From: Phoronis australis
Lineage: Eukaryota; Animalia; Phoronida
Assembly (NCBI GenBank): GCA_002633005.1
Contig: NMRA01001013.1
Span: 6,858-70,385, forward strand
DNA: 63,528 nt
Direction: 5' to 3'
Made by a program: the position numbers and the translations under genes. Positions 24,875 through 37,900 of the stretch are shown one piece after another (the first letter of the stretch is position 1; the number at the start of each line of letters is the position of its first letter). The notes under the pieces are model-generated. The model ran no database searches, was not told the DNA's origin, and saw nothing but the letters and a program-made list of their open reading frames with translations.

Positions 24875-27800
24875 GTATAGTCCTTTTGCAAAGTTATCTT
24901 GTCTTAGATGTGACAGAAGTAATAACAAATGACGTCAATATTTTGGCCAGACTTCTATGAACTGAACTGGAGACTCAAATCAGAAAATTAACCCTCATAC
25001 GGCAATTTCTCTTTATGTAATTGGTCAATTTTCGAGTTGAATCTGTTGTAAATTCACATGTTTTTGGGCACAGAGCAGTATGTAGGTCAGTTTATGTGCA
25101 GATGTAGTTGATCCACCAACCTAGGCTACTGGCTGGCGGCCGCAGGTGGTGGGTTGATAGTTCACCTGGGTAACTTGCGAACTGAAAGTTATGTGTGGTG
25201 TCAGAGAATAACTTGAGGGCTGTTCAGTAAAATCTGTATGGGAGGGGAAGGCACTTTTTTCGCACCCACCACCCATATTTTTCATTTATATCTTCAGCCC
25301 ACCACCTTTAATATTTTAGAAGTTTGAAATGCAACCATCCGTAATTTTTTTTGTTGTTCATGCGATTGGTTGCACAGGCGCTTGAATTTATCTGTTCTTC
25401 GATCACCACTGACGTCATTCATTACTAAGAAAACACAATTATGTTTCTTATGTATGGTTATTAGCCATTGAGAAATTCGAGCGCCTGTGGTTGACTGGTG
25501 TTATGGGCATGCCGATGGGGGGATCGGAGGGAGTGAAAAAGTCGGAGCTTTTTGCAAGTTGCATTCTTATTTTAGTTATTGATTCTGTGTGAATTGTTTA
25601 TAAACTTACTGTAATTATCCACCATCAAACATTTAGGCCCAATGAAACAACAACGACCTGTAAAATTTTATTTTTTTGAAGTACAAGCGCCAGCCATTTT
25701 GAATTTAAATCAAACACAACCACCCGTAAATTTTTATTTCAATTGCCTTCCCCCCTCCCAAACCGATTTTACTGGAACAGCCCTGAGGGAAAATATGCTG
25801 GAAACCATGAAACTCAACAAAATCTAAACTTTCCTGCCAAAAAACTTTTGTTTGTTTGATGTTCTTCGGTTATTTCAAAATAAAAAATCCTCCAATAGAG
25901 TCCTTAAGGCCATATTTGATTCTTGCCTGTTTTTTTTGAAAAATTGATTTGATGTGATATTTTTAGGTGTCCATAATTTCAAAAAGAAAATGTCACCTGG
26001 TTCCAGCTTTGAGGTGCAGGTTACAAAATGCTAGCTTGAACCAGTTCATGTTATATTTCTTGTTCTAACAAGTGCGATTTTCTTTCGTCACATGGTAAGG
26101 ATATTTGCTGCAAGTCGTGTTGTCTTATGACACAGTGTCGCAACTTATTTCCAACAGTTGACTTTCACGATTGTCATATTTGTGTCAAAATATCAATCAT
26201 AAAGTGAGTCAGCTGAGCATTCCTGTGGCCAGGACAATCCTATTGCTAAAGGTCAATGTATATCAGCCATATTGCTGTTCTTTAAATGTCCTTCTCCAAA
26301 TGTGCTTCTTGCCACGCATCCACTAATATCATATTAACACTTTGGAATTTATTTGTATCAAACGTCAATGCTCAAAATTGTAAAAGTTGACAAAAAAGCT
26401 CTCCTAAGTTTCAAAACATGTCTTAAGTAAATTAGATGATTTTTGTGAATAATTGTCTGCCAGTAGAACTTTTCCTGCTGAACTTGCCGATTCAAAAACT
26501 ATATCAATCATCAGCAATATTTTTGTTTTTGAGTGAAGTATTGATTGGAATGGCTTACAGATTTCCTCAAATGCCATTACGGTATAATCTCACCAATTTC
26601 GGTGAAAGAATTGTTGCCAAAATTACACTTTTATCATAATTTCAAGGTCATCTTACATTGTTGTGAATGCCAACAAATTTCCAAATATTTTTTGATGGAA
26701 GCCATGATAAAAAACTTGAACGTTGTGAAGCATTAACTTGATGCTACATTTCTTTTATACGAAATGAAAAAATAAAATTTTATTTGTCTGTCACATCCTG
26801 TCCTAAATAAGTGAGATTTTTACTGTAAACGCGTGTAAGAGGTTTTAGTTTCCAGGGGAGCATTCATTGATCATCTACTGGAAAAGGGTATTGTAACCTG
26901 GCTTAGCACTGTGAAAACATGGCAAAACAGTCGTGTACTTAGTAACAACATGTGTGTTTATACTCCAGGAGCCAGAGTAGCCCAATATGCTGGAAAACAT
27001 CTACACGAATTCATTTCATCAGACACATCATTTGGTAAGACGTTAATTTGTGGTTTTCAAGTGGTGAAGCTAATGTGAAGTAATGTATGGTAGACGGCAG
27101 TGACCAGACATGAGTGCGATTTATTTTAATTGTTACTGCGGGTTCAGCGTGTTGCATGTAAATGCCAAATATTTTCCATTTTTCTAAAACTAGTGTATGG
27201 AGAAATGAAAATTTTAAAAATTACTTAAAATGGTAGTTTTCACTCTTTGGATAGAATTTATATTTGAAAAGTGTTCAGAGTGTACAAAGTTACTTGGTTT
27301 GTTGTTCAAAATGCAAAAAAATCTGTTAATTAGGCAGTAATATGCGTACTGTCATGCCACATGGTGGTTTGATGTCATGACATGACTGAAACCAAAAATG
27401 ATTGGGCACCACGCTATTTCAGCGTAACGTAAAAGAGGTGATGATTGTGACAGAAAGCACAAATATGATTGAACATTCAATTTCAGTTTTGCCAGACTTT
27501 ACAGCTGTGTGTTCCTTACGTGATGAACTGTTGATTATACGTCTGCCACTGCAAAATGGAACTTTATTTTGTTTACGGAATAACAAATTTTGTGGTAAAC
27601 CTAACAAGTTTGAGCATGCAAAATACCACAAAAAGTTAACTTACAAGTGAAATTACAATTAAGGTGCAATTGCTTGGGTGTCTAAAATCTTTCGCAATGT
27701 CACTTTAAGCTTCATTTTGTCAATGCTGTTTAGCCATCAGTTTAGAATTCTCAACTGAAATGCTTTCAAGTTTAAGAAATTTACCATGCTTATCCCATAT

Positions 27801-30800
27801 TAAATTTTAGGGTTGGCCAACCCCAATAAACTCAGAATTGTTTTCCTGTGATGCTGATGGTTTCAATGTTCCTGTTGGTAACAGAAATTGAATCCTATCA
27901 CAGTGAGGAATGTTATTAAATTGATTTTATGAGAGTAAAAGACATAACTTGATTTTCTTTTTTCATCAGCGAAGCAGGGCAAAATGCACCTTTAAATAAG
28001 ATTTATGAGAAATCCCTAATTTCATATCTCACTTCAGTCAATGGCAAGGTAACAGAAGCCATCGTCTCGGGATTCCTGAAGTTAGATGAAGAAATGTTAA
28101 AAGACGACTTAATGAAGGATGAACTAGCAGGCTCTACAGCTAATGTGATTGTAGTGAAGGAGAACAAACTATATTGTGTAAGTAACATTGTCATATTGTG
28201 CTTCGTGTAGGCAGCGCCATGTTATAGTAATGTGACTATGTAAGGGAAATATGCTTGTAGAAGGGGAAATAACATAGACTTTTCTCTGCGTTCAAATATA
28301 TTGTAAATGGCTTCTGTTCCTATGGTTTGCCTGAAGATACTGATTGAATTTAGTAGACTCCAGTCACTCATTTCACTAGACTCAAGCAGACCCTTGGCGC
28401 ATGTTTCACCAGACTCCAGGAGACGCCAAGCACATGTTTCACCACACTTAAGCAGACCCCAGACCTGTTTCTCCCAACTTGAACAGACCTCAGACACCTG
28501 TTTCACCTGATTCGAGCAGACCTCAGACACCTGTTTCATCTGACTTGAGCAGACCCCAAGCACATGTTTCACTACACTCAAGCACATCCCAGACACCTGT
28601 TTTTCCTGACTTGAACAGACCCGAGACACCTGTTTCACCCGATTCGAGCAGACCTCAGGAACCTGTTTCACCCGATTCGAGCAGACCTCAGACACCTGTT
28701 TCCCCCGATTCGAGCAAACCTCAGACGCCTGTTTCACCCGATTCGAGCAGACCTCAGACACCCGTTTCCCCCGATTCGAGCAGACCTCAGACACCTGTTT
28801 CACCCGATTCGAGCAGACCTTAGACACCTGTTTCACCCGATTTGAGCAGACATCAGACACCTGTTTCACTTGACTCGAGCAGACCCCAGACACCTGTTTC
28901 TCCTGACTCAAGCAGTCCTCAGACACTTGTTTCACATATCTTGTCATCCATTTCACATCAGTGTATATCTGTTGACATTTCATCGCACTAGACTAAACTA
29001 TTCACTGAAATATATCTGAAGCCTCAGAGTTTTATTTTTTTATTTCGTACCTTTATTTATCCTGAAATCATGTTGGTGGATATAACAGTGGTTCGGTTGC
29101 CCCTGCTGTATATCCATACAACATAAATAGCAATGTGTTATACATAATACAAAAGTAAAAGAAACTCAAAGGAATTTGGTGAAAGGCGAAGGGAAAGAAC
29201 TTTCATACACTCATTCACATTTCATGTGGATTGAATAACTAAGTTTGATAGGTTATCTACGTAACATCTATCAGTTGTAACTTATATTACATTTAATATA
29301 GTGAAATCACATTACAATAAGGTGATGAGTATGTCCTTTTCTTTTCCATGGCAATTAAGTCAATACATGTAAAATCCACGATCTCAAACTGCACAAAATT
29401 TAGCTTGAGATGACCAATCAAGGCATACCAGTAATCAATAAACTCCTCTCGCCTGAGGTATACTGAACCAGAAATGCACCACATTGCACACCTATAAAAA
29501 GGTTCCATCACATGGCATGGACCAAAACAAATGTGTTTATTTAAAGGAAACGCTTTACTTGAGTATGTAGTTTTTAGTTACTGTTCGTTCACTGGTTTTC
29601 AGGGTAATGTTGGAGATTCGCGGGCAGTAGCCAGTAATAGTGGTAGAGCTGATCAACTTTNTTGAATTGAGTAGACTCCAGTCACTCATTTCACCAGACT
29701 CAAGCAGACCCTAGGCGCATGTTTCACCTGACTCAAGCAGACCCCAAGAACATGTGTCACCACACTTAAGCACACCCCAGACACTTGTTTCTGCCAACTT
29801 GAACAGACCTCAGACACCTGTTTCACCTGATTCGAGCAGACCTCAGACACCTGTTTCACCCGACTTGAGCAGACCCCAAGCACATGTTTCACCACACTTA
29901 AGCACACCCCAGTCACCTGTTTCACCCGATTCGAGCAGACCTCAGACACCTGTTTCACAAGACTCAAGCAGACCTGAGATACCTGACCCCAGACACCGGT
30001 TTCTCTTGACTCAAGCAGTCCTCAGACACTTGTTTCACATGTCTTGTCATCCATTTCACATCAATGTATATCTGTTGACATTTCATCGCACTATTCATTG
30101 AAATATATCTGAAGCCTCAGACTTTTATTTTTTATTTTGTACCTTTATTTATCCTGAAATCATGTTGGTGGATATAACAGTGGTTGGGTTGCCCCTGCTG
30201 TATATCCATACAACATAAATAGCAATGCGTTATACATAATACAAAAGTACATAAATGAAACTCAAAGGGATTTGGTGAAAGGCGAAGGGAAAGGACTTTC
30301 ATACACTCATTCACATTTCATGTGGATTGAATAACTAAGTTTGATATGTTATCTGCGTAACAACTATCAGTTGTAACTTATATTACATTTAATATAATGA
30401 AATCACATTACAATAAGATGATGAGTACGTCCTTTTCTTTTCCATGGCAATTAAGTCAATATATGTAAAATCCACGATCTCAAACTGCACAAAATTTAGG
30501 CATACCAGTAATCGACAAACTCCTCTCGCCTGAAGTATACTGAACCAGAAATGCACCACATTGCACACCTATAAAAAGGTTCCATCACAAGGCATGGACC
30601 AAAACAAATGTGTTTATTTAAGGGAAACGCTTTACTTGAGTATGTAGTTTTTAGTTATTGTTCGTTCACTGGTTTTCAGGGTAATGTTGGAGATTCGCGG
30701 GCAGTAGCCAGTAATAGTGGTAGAGCTGATCAACTTTCAATTGACCACAAACCAAGTAATGAAGTGGAAACTAAACGCATCATAGCTGCTGGAGGCTGGG

Positions 30801-32474
30801 TAGAGTTTAACAGGGTCAATGGAAACTTGGCACTGTCCAGAGCTTTAGGTGACTTCGTATTCAAGAAAAATGATAAGAAGAAGGCGGATGAGCAAATTGT
30901 GACGGGTGAGAGTTAGTGTTAAGTGCAGTGTAGGTGGTCACTTCTTTGAAGTATAAATATGTTCTCTGTCTTATTTCAGTAGCTCTGAAGTTCCGCATTT
31001 TGACACTTGTAGCAACATTTATGTAGGCATGCCTTGTTCATTTTGACCCAAGCTTTGTTCTATTCATAGAATTATGGGACTCCAATGAAGTTAGTTTGTA
31101 ATTGTCCCTGCACCATTTAATCCACAATGGGAAAAGATTGCATTATTCATACCATAAGTTAAGAAGTCGATTCTTTCTTTTGTTTGAGTCACACAGAGAT
31201 AATTAGGTCAAGTTGAAATCATAATTAGCTAAGGGACTGTGAATCTTCCCGGTGAAGCAATTAATGAACTACATTCGGCCCATGATGCTATTGTCTTATG
31301 TAGTTAGAAACGCCAAAGTTGCAAAAAGCAAAACAATGTTACACCACTTAAACATGAACAATAGTTTTCAAAGATGGCGTGGCATGGGGCTCTACGAGCA
31401 CCTCTCTTCAGTGTCATCATTTCTATCAATTCAAAAAACCTTCGATTTAAACCATAAAATCAGTCTTATCTTGTTCCTTACTTGGATTAGAAATAGGTTG
31501 ATATTGATTCACAGCAGACTCACTAAGTTGGTTGTTACAGTGGGGTGGTTTGAGGTGCTGAAGTGGTATAGCCATGAGGGGAATTTCAGGCATATTCATG
31601 TAACCTATGCGATAATGCTGCTTTGAAGAGCATAGATGTACTGTAATTTATGCGATAATGCTGCTTTGAAGAGCATAGATGTACTGTAATTTATGCGATG
31701 ATGCTGCTTTGAAGAGCATAGATGTACTGTAATCTATGCGATGATGCTGCTTTGAAGAGCATAGATGTACTGTAATCTATGCGATGATGCTGCTTTGAAG
31801 AGCCTAGGTTTTCTGTAATCTATACGATGATGCTGCTTTGAAGAGCGTAGACTTCTGTTAGGAAAGTTTTTGTCTGATATCAGAACAAGGTTTACAATGG
31901 CTTTTGCATAATCTTTTATTATTGGCAGCCTATCCTGATGTACAAGTGAGAGAGATCAGCAAAGATCTTGAGTTTGTTGTATGCGCCTGTGACGGTATCT
32001 GGGATGTCTTAACCAATGAAGAAGTCGTGGAATTTGTGCGGGCAAGAATTGCACAGCAAATGGAACCAGAAGTTGTAAGTCTTGACTTGTTAACATCACT
32101 TGTCAGCCACAAATGTCATTGAAAGTATGGTAGAAGTGTCCGATCCAATTTGACTGAGTGGTTTTATCCGAGAAACTTATCTCAAGGGTCTAGGTCACAG
32201 ACTAGAACAACTGTACAATGGAACTTATGTCTGAGTTGAGCCAAGATGAGACGAAAACATTTTTACTGTAATTGGTTTTCATTTTGTTCTATTCTTTTTA
32301 TAGATCTGCGAAGAGCTTATGATGCGGTGTTTAGCGCCAGACTGTCAGATGGGCGGGCTCGGCTGTGATAACATGACTGTTGTTCTCATATGTTTCCTAC
32401 ACGGAAGTACTTATGAAAATCTAGCTCAAAAGTGTGCCGTACAATCTCGACCAAACGAACTGGACGTTAAATGA
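24688..32474 (+). CDS. Protein phosphatase 2C (PPM family; Ptc2/Ptc3- and T23F11.1-like); spliced CDS, 6 coding exons
   Basis: MGQTLSEPVTTK start, MQGWRISMEDDH, FFGVYDGHGG, NVGDSR, DHKP, LALSRALGD, ACDGIWD, GCDNMT; exons join in frame via GT-AG. Confidence 0.95.
25217..25783. mobile_element. Harbinger-like MITE, ~38-bp TIR, TGA TSD, in PP2C intron
   Basis: GGGCTGTTCAGTAAAATC...GGGAAGGCA / TGCCTTCCCC...GATTTTACTGGAACAGCCC; TGA on both sides. Confidence 0.82.
25373..25489. mobile_element. Nested 117-bp CAC...GTG MITE with 4-bp TSD (Chapaev/CMC-like)
   Basis: TIR CACAGGCGCTYGAATTT; GTTG at 25369-25372 and 25490-25493. Confidence 0.75.
26969..27034 (+). CDS. PP2C coding exon 2 (GARVAQYAGKHLHEFISSDTSF)
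   Basis: tccag acceptor, G|gtaaga donor, phase 1-1. Confidence 0.9.
28038..28177 (+). CDS. PP2C coding exon 3 (...GFLKLDEEMLKD...AGSTANV...LYC)
   Basis: cttcag acceptor, TGT|gtaagt donor. Confidence 0.92.
28350..28935. repeat. 33-bp minisatellite in PP2C intron (shorter copy at 29670-30040)
   Basis: CAGACACCTGTTTCACCCGATTCGAGCAGACCT variants. Confidence 0.92.
29662..30737. other. Overlap duplicate of 28344-29660 (probable second haplotype)
   Basis: Junction at N 29661; the first copy breaks off mid-exon. Confidence 0.88.
30680..30905 (+). CDS. PP2C coding exon 4 (GNVGDSR...EQIVT)
   Basis: ttttcag acceptor, G|gtgag donor; truncated duplicate at 29603-29660 next to an N. Confidence 0.93.
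31598..31852. repeat. 43-bp minisatellite x~6 in PP2C intron
   Basis: TATGCGATRATGCTGCTTTGAAGAGCATAGATGTACTGTAATY. Confidence 0.92.
31929..32074 (+). CDS. PP2C coding exon 5 (AYPDV...ACDGIWD...MEPEV)
   Basis: ggcag acceptor, GTT|gtaagt donor. Confidence 0.93.
32304..32474 (+). CDS. PP2C last coding exon (ICEELMMRCLAPDCQMGGLGCDNMTVV...*)
   Basis: ttatag acceptor; TGA at 32472-32474. Confidence 0.93.
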   Translation: MCEELMMRCLAPDCQMGGLGCDNMTVVLICFLHGSTYENLAQKCAVQSRPNELDVK

Positions 32475-33731
32475 CAATTTGAGCATGTTCCTTAAAATGA
32501 TAGTGAGACTTGTTTGGGTTTAGATTAATACATTATTTTAACACAAAGTGATTACTTTTGCATTGTTAATGGCGGTTTTTAATTATTGTTTATGTTCTAA
32601 TAACTTATTTATTTAAAATAAATGGAAATGTTGACTATCATTTTGTTTGTTTTCATTAACACCACCAGGTGCTGTGTGGTGTCTCTTAAAGCCTCATAAC
32701 ATCAGCTTCTGATGTCAAACACATTCTTCCCAAGACTATTTGCTCTTGCAACAAAAACCTAAACTATTCAATTCAGTCTGAAGCAAATTTTCTTCCTATC
32801 CCAGATTTCCCTTCAAATTTGAGTTAAGAGCAAGTCGGCGAGAGTAGAGAACAAGTTCAAAATAGCAGTAGGAGCTAATTTTAAATTTGTTTTTTGACTA
32901 GAAAATTGCCCGAGATGGATTGAAGTTTTAAAAAATGTTAGCCAGTTCAGTGAGAGTGACTTGCTATTTAATTGGTGTTGGGAATTCGCCTAATAGACAA
33001 TTTGAGAAACTGGAATATATTAGTTTCTTAATGAACAACCTGGTGCAGCAACTTTTAGGTCAAGAGTAGATTATGTAACAAACTGCATCCCATGGACTGG
33101 CACAGTTGCTTAAAAATAATTTGTATGCAACATGGGGTCACTGGGAATACATGAATCATTTTTCTTAGAGTGAGCAGCATTAATTTTAAACCCATGCTTT
33201 TTGTCAAAACCGATTTTTATTTAGGTTACATAAAAAGGTCATCTTATCTCTACTCAATTTAGAAGTGATCTCGGGCTCAGGAAATACAGACAGTTTAATA
33301 TTATTTCAGTCCAATCTCAATAAATTTCCAGTCGTAGCGTGGACTGTTGAGCTCAGACTTGAAAGTTCTAAGAAACTGACTCATTGGATTTGTCTTGGTG
33401 AATTACTGCAAACAATTTCAATTGTGACAAGAAGGCAATAACGGGAGTGTAAATAATGAGTCGGAACAAGCAAGTTGTTTTGCACACGAGATCATGGTTT
33501 ACGGCCACTTTAAATAGCAAATCTCTATACTTTAGGATCCTGATTTTATGGAAGTCGTGTGAATACATATTTGGTGGTTCTTCTATAATCCAGGTGTTTT
33601 GTAACAGTGTAGGTAAAACATTCAAACTTCTTAGAAAAACCTGTGTTTGACAAAAGCTAGCACTGACATAGGGAAACAACTGACTGGATGGCAGATGTTA
33701 AGGGGGCTGGTTTTCAGGGGCCTGGTGTTAA

Positions 33732-33842
33732 AAAAAAATAATTGCAGGCGGTCTGATACATGTTGTACCAGACGTGCGCAGGCCTCGCATGTGGGCCCAT
33801 TGCACTGATCACCTGGAAATATTTTTTGCTTTATTAATATAT
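33732..33842 (-). mobile_element. 5'-truncated SINE copy with 14-bp TSD
   Basis: Reverse complement of the 3' part of the SINE at 35045-35298; flanked by GGGCCTGGTGTTAA at 33718-33731 and 33843-33856. Confidence 0.8.
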
Positions 33843-34806
33843 GGGCCTGGTGTTAAGAGGGACTGATGTTAAGAGGGACTGATGTAGAGGGTACTGGTGA
33901 TAAGGAAGACTTTATCAAAAATAAAACAATGTACTTGCTCTGTGACATTTTATTCAATTATGTCATCAATATTCATATCTGTTTTGACCTTGATCTACAG
34001 AATGTATTAGCAAAAATTTGTGAACAGAACACAATGGAATGCAATAACTTACCATCACAACATGAATGTTTGAATGATACGTTACCAAGGAGACGCATTA
34101 AGTCATAATTACTGCAGATGCTGAAATTTTATATCGAACACACTGCACAACAGTATAAAAATATTTAAAATACGCATAAAACTACAAATAAATAAATAAA
34201 AAATTGTGATATCAATTCGTAACTTTAATTAAGAAGTCGATCTTGTGGCATGAGCTATGATCAAAGATCAAATATATTGAAGATCAGAATTGTTGTGGTG
34301 GCTACAAGCGCTCCTACATGGTATTCCACAACTAACTTCTGTTTATGAACATTTACTGTATTATGAAACTGGTCTCAAATTTATCCTTGGTCAAACTAGA
34401 GGTGATCTCGTGGATTGGAAAGAACTGACAGTCTTATTACTTGAGACCAGACGTGACAAGCAATAACAAACGGTAAGAAATCACTTCTTATTTGAGTTAG
34501 GAACAAGTAACAGATCAATTTAGAGCGGTGAGTGACTTAAATCAAAATATAGTTTTTTTGACAAAACGTGAATGGACAGCCGCTTTAACTGATTAACATT
34601 TAATGTTCATGGTTTTGTTCTCATGTTTTTATTGTTCAAACACACTATAACACAGAATCACTGAGCTTCAGTATTGAAGCGTAATAGAGGTGGTAGGCTT
34701 CAATACAGGTTCAATACAATTACAATAATGTTCTGACTCTCCATGTTCCTGGTCCTTGAAGCCTATTTGTCGCACACGGTGATAGCTGTGGGTGCCTGTA
34801 GAGCTG

Positions 34807-34953
34807 TTACTGTAAGTTGGCAGAAAACACCTTGGCAATGTGCTTGGCCCGTTCAGCTGATGGTAAGCTGTTCAGAAGTACCTTACGGTGCTTGTCACTC
34901 TTCAAGGCAATAGGACGCTGCCCAGGTTCCTTCAAGAGATCATTTGACACAAA
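34807..34953 (-). CDS. C2CD3: C2CD3 last coding exon (...[19 protein letters not shown])
   Basis: ttacag acceptor, TAA stop; resembles the conserved C-terminal RIARIF motif. Confidence 0.83.
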   Translation of the reverse strand, partial: FVSNDLLKEPGQRPIALKSDKHRKVLLNSLPSAERAKHIAKVFSANLQ

Positions 34954-37900
34954 CTGTAAACAACCCAAATATGACCAGTTAATGCCCGTTGCTCAGCTTA
35001 AGAGATAGGTTGTGCAAATTTAAGTATAATACCTTCACTCAATGCGTAGAGGAGGCAGTGTGGCCTGGTTGATAAGTGCCCGCTTTCTTTATTCGAGGTC
35101 GTGGGTTCCAGTCTCACCAGGTCATACTGCTAAACCCTTGAGCCAGGTTTCCAGCTCTACAGCTCGGTTTTAACCATATATTAATAAAGCATAAAAATAG
35201 TTCCAGGTGATCAGTGCAATTGGCCCACATGCGAGGCCTGCGCACGTCTGGTACAACGTGTATCAGACCGCCTGCAATTGTTTTTTTTTTGTTTTTGTTT
35301 CACTCAATGTGGATCTGCTCTTCCTTCACAAACAGTACAGGCAATCTCACGAACAACGTTCTTTTTTATGATGAACAAACATTCCTCCTGCTGCCTCTGC
35401 CTGGCTTGTGATTGAGCAAGACGGCCCACCTGTCCCTCATTTATGCTAATGCTTTTGTTAAAATTATTGTTTTTCTCTGTTTTTCAGTGGCTGCTTTCAC
35501 AGCAGCAAATAATGGAACCTTGCTAAAGAATATTTTGTCTTAATGAATGAAAAATATTTTCTCTGTAAACCAAGCTCCTACGGACCTAAGTTTTCGTGAT
35601 ACTTATTTTTGTTGAAAAATTTTGACAAACTAAAATTCCCATCCTTTTCATATTGTACCAGTCGTAATGCATACAAAGACAGTGTTACATCACATTAACA
35701 CCACGAGTGACTGTGTTAATAGACCACACATTAAGCTTGACTACTTTGCTTTGAACAAGTTTTCACAACTGTTTATTTTACCTTCTTTGTCTGCTGTGTT
35801 GCATAAGACATTTTGAGAGTGTGCATGGACTCCTCCATTTTATCAACAGATGGGAAAAAATGCGTCGACCTGAAAGTGAAAATAAAGAACCTTATGTATT
35901 TACTTAACATACCCTGTTTGACCACGCCCAATAATATGCAAGAAATGTGCTAGCCACTCAGATGGTCTAAAGGTACAGTTGTTTTCAAAAACAAAAATTG
36001 GCGAAATTTTGAAATAAAAAGGTTCCTGCTCATGTTCAAATTATTCAATGTTATAATTTCCTGCAGTATTCTCCCTACAAATTTGATGAGGCCAGACTGT
36101 ACAACACATTGCCATCTGTTGACAAGTGGGTGACTTGCACACATCTTTACAGAATCACGTGTGAATGACAGCAGTCGTCTGATTGTGCACTAAGAAATAT
36201 CATCATGTGAGACTGCTGAAAGCATACAGTTGCAGGTGTCCCACCCAATAAATTTTTACTGTTCTTAATTGAGATTTTTATGCATGTCAAGGGTCTGTGG
36301 TTATTTGGACTCTTTAAAAGCAGGATATTATGGCAGGCTGCCGATTTCTTAAGTGTACAATGAACTTAACTAATCAACACAAGACTTAAAGATAATGATC
36401 CCACTGGTTGGAAATTTACAATGATCTCAGTGAGCTGATGACGCAGATGGCGCTTTGTTTATCACAGCTCTAACCTTCCCATTGTGCAATGGTTGAGTTG
36501 TTAAGTACAAAATGTACTGGCAGTAAATAATTAGTTATAATGCAGAGCAACCACTGCGCCGTGACAAACTGGCTGTATGAGCACAGCTCTGAATAAGGTA
36601 TAAAATAAGATATGAGCACAGCCCGAGAAATCCCTTTCGCATTATATCCAGGTTCTCATTCACTCCCTTGCATATATTCTCTAGTAAGACTGACCTAAGA
36701 GGAGTAGGAAAAAACTGTGTGCTCAATTGTCAGGCAGTGAAGCCAGGATTTGAACCCAGGTCCCTAAACAAGAGTCTGGACCTCAAACCACTGACCCACA
36801 CCGAGTAAGCTACCAACAGGTAGTTCACTGGCCAAACCATCTCATTCACAATATCAAGTGATCAAATGAGTAAGGCATCAAACTGTACCGTTGGAAGGTG
36901 GCCTCCTCACGCTGAGGGTTTCTAGTGTCCCTTGATGTAGGAGCACCACATGGTAACTGTTGCTGAGTATACCCTAATATAGGAGTATTATGTGGTAACT
37001 GTTGTCGGGTATCCCCTATTGAAGGAGCACTACATGGCAACTGTTGCTGGGTGTTTCCTGGTGCAGGTGCAGTGTATGGCATCTGTTGCCGTATGTCCCC
37101 AGTTGAGGGAGCAGAGTACACCTGCTGCTGAGTGTCCCTTGGCGAGGGATCAGTGTACACCTGCTGCCGAGTGTCCCTTGGTGAGGGATCAGTGTACACC
37201 TCTTGCTGAGTGTCCCCTGATGAAGAAGCACTGAATGGGAATTGTTGCCGAGTGTCTACTGGTGACACATCATTATACACCTGTTGTTGGGTGTACCCTG
37301 GTGAGGGATCATTGTACTCCTTCTGCCGAGTGTCCCCTGATGAAGAAGCACTATATGGGAATTGTTGCCGAGTTTCTACTGGTGACACATCATTATACAA
37401 CTGTTGTCGGGTGTCCCCTGTTGAGGGATCATTGTACAACTGTTGCTGCATGTCCGCTACCCGTTCAATTTGGCGGTCATCGTTCATTACAGAGCTCACT
37501 GCCAGTGAGTCAGTGCTGCTGTCATTATCTGCAATGACATCCGACACCTCCAAATCACTTGGGTCATCTTCAGCCGGGTCGACCACCAGACAAGTTGAAT
37601 CTGGACTACCTTGTTCTGATACATCACTAAATCTCTCTTGAAAAGCATCATTATTTATCATCTCTAAACTTCCATCATGTGTCCATGTGTCATTGTCACC
37701 CAGACAGTTGTTCAGATTCACATTTTCACCATTATTGTCTGTGTCACCTGACTGCTCCTTTGTTACTTCAGCGTTACCCTCTGGTGTGTAATGACCCCCC
37801 TGACTGGCATTATCCTCATCCTCTAAATCACTGATGTCTACCACTTCAATGTCTGATGACTGCCTTGGTTCATGTGAGCTACTCTCCAGTTCATTTTCAG

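Noticed and set aside
28222-28983. 253-aa and overlapping repetitive ORFs (VKQVSEVCSNR / SRPQTPVSPDS)
   Set aside because: Translations of a 33-bp intronic minisatellite with no splice or homology support.
31598-31852. CRISPR-like periodicity here and in other arrays
   Set aside because: Units are contiguous with no unique spacers, no cas genes are present, and the context is eukaryotic introns.
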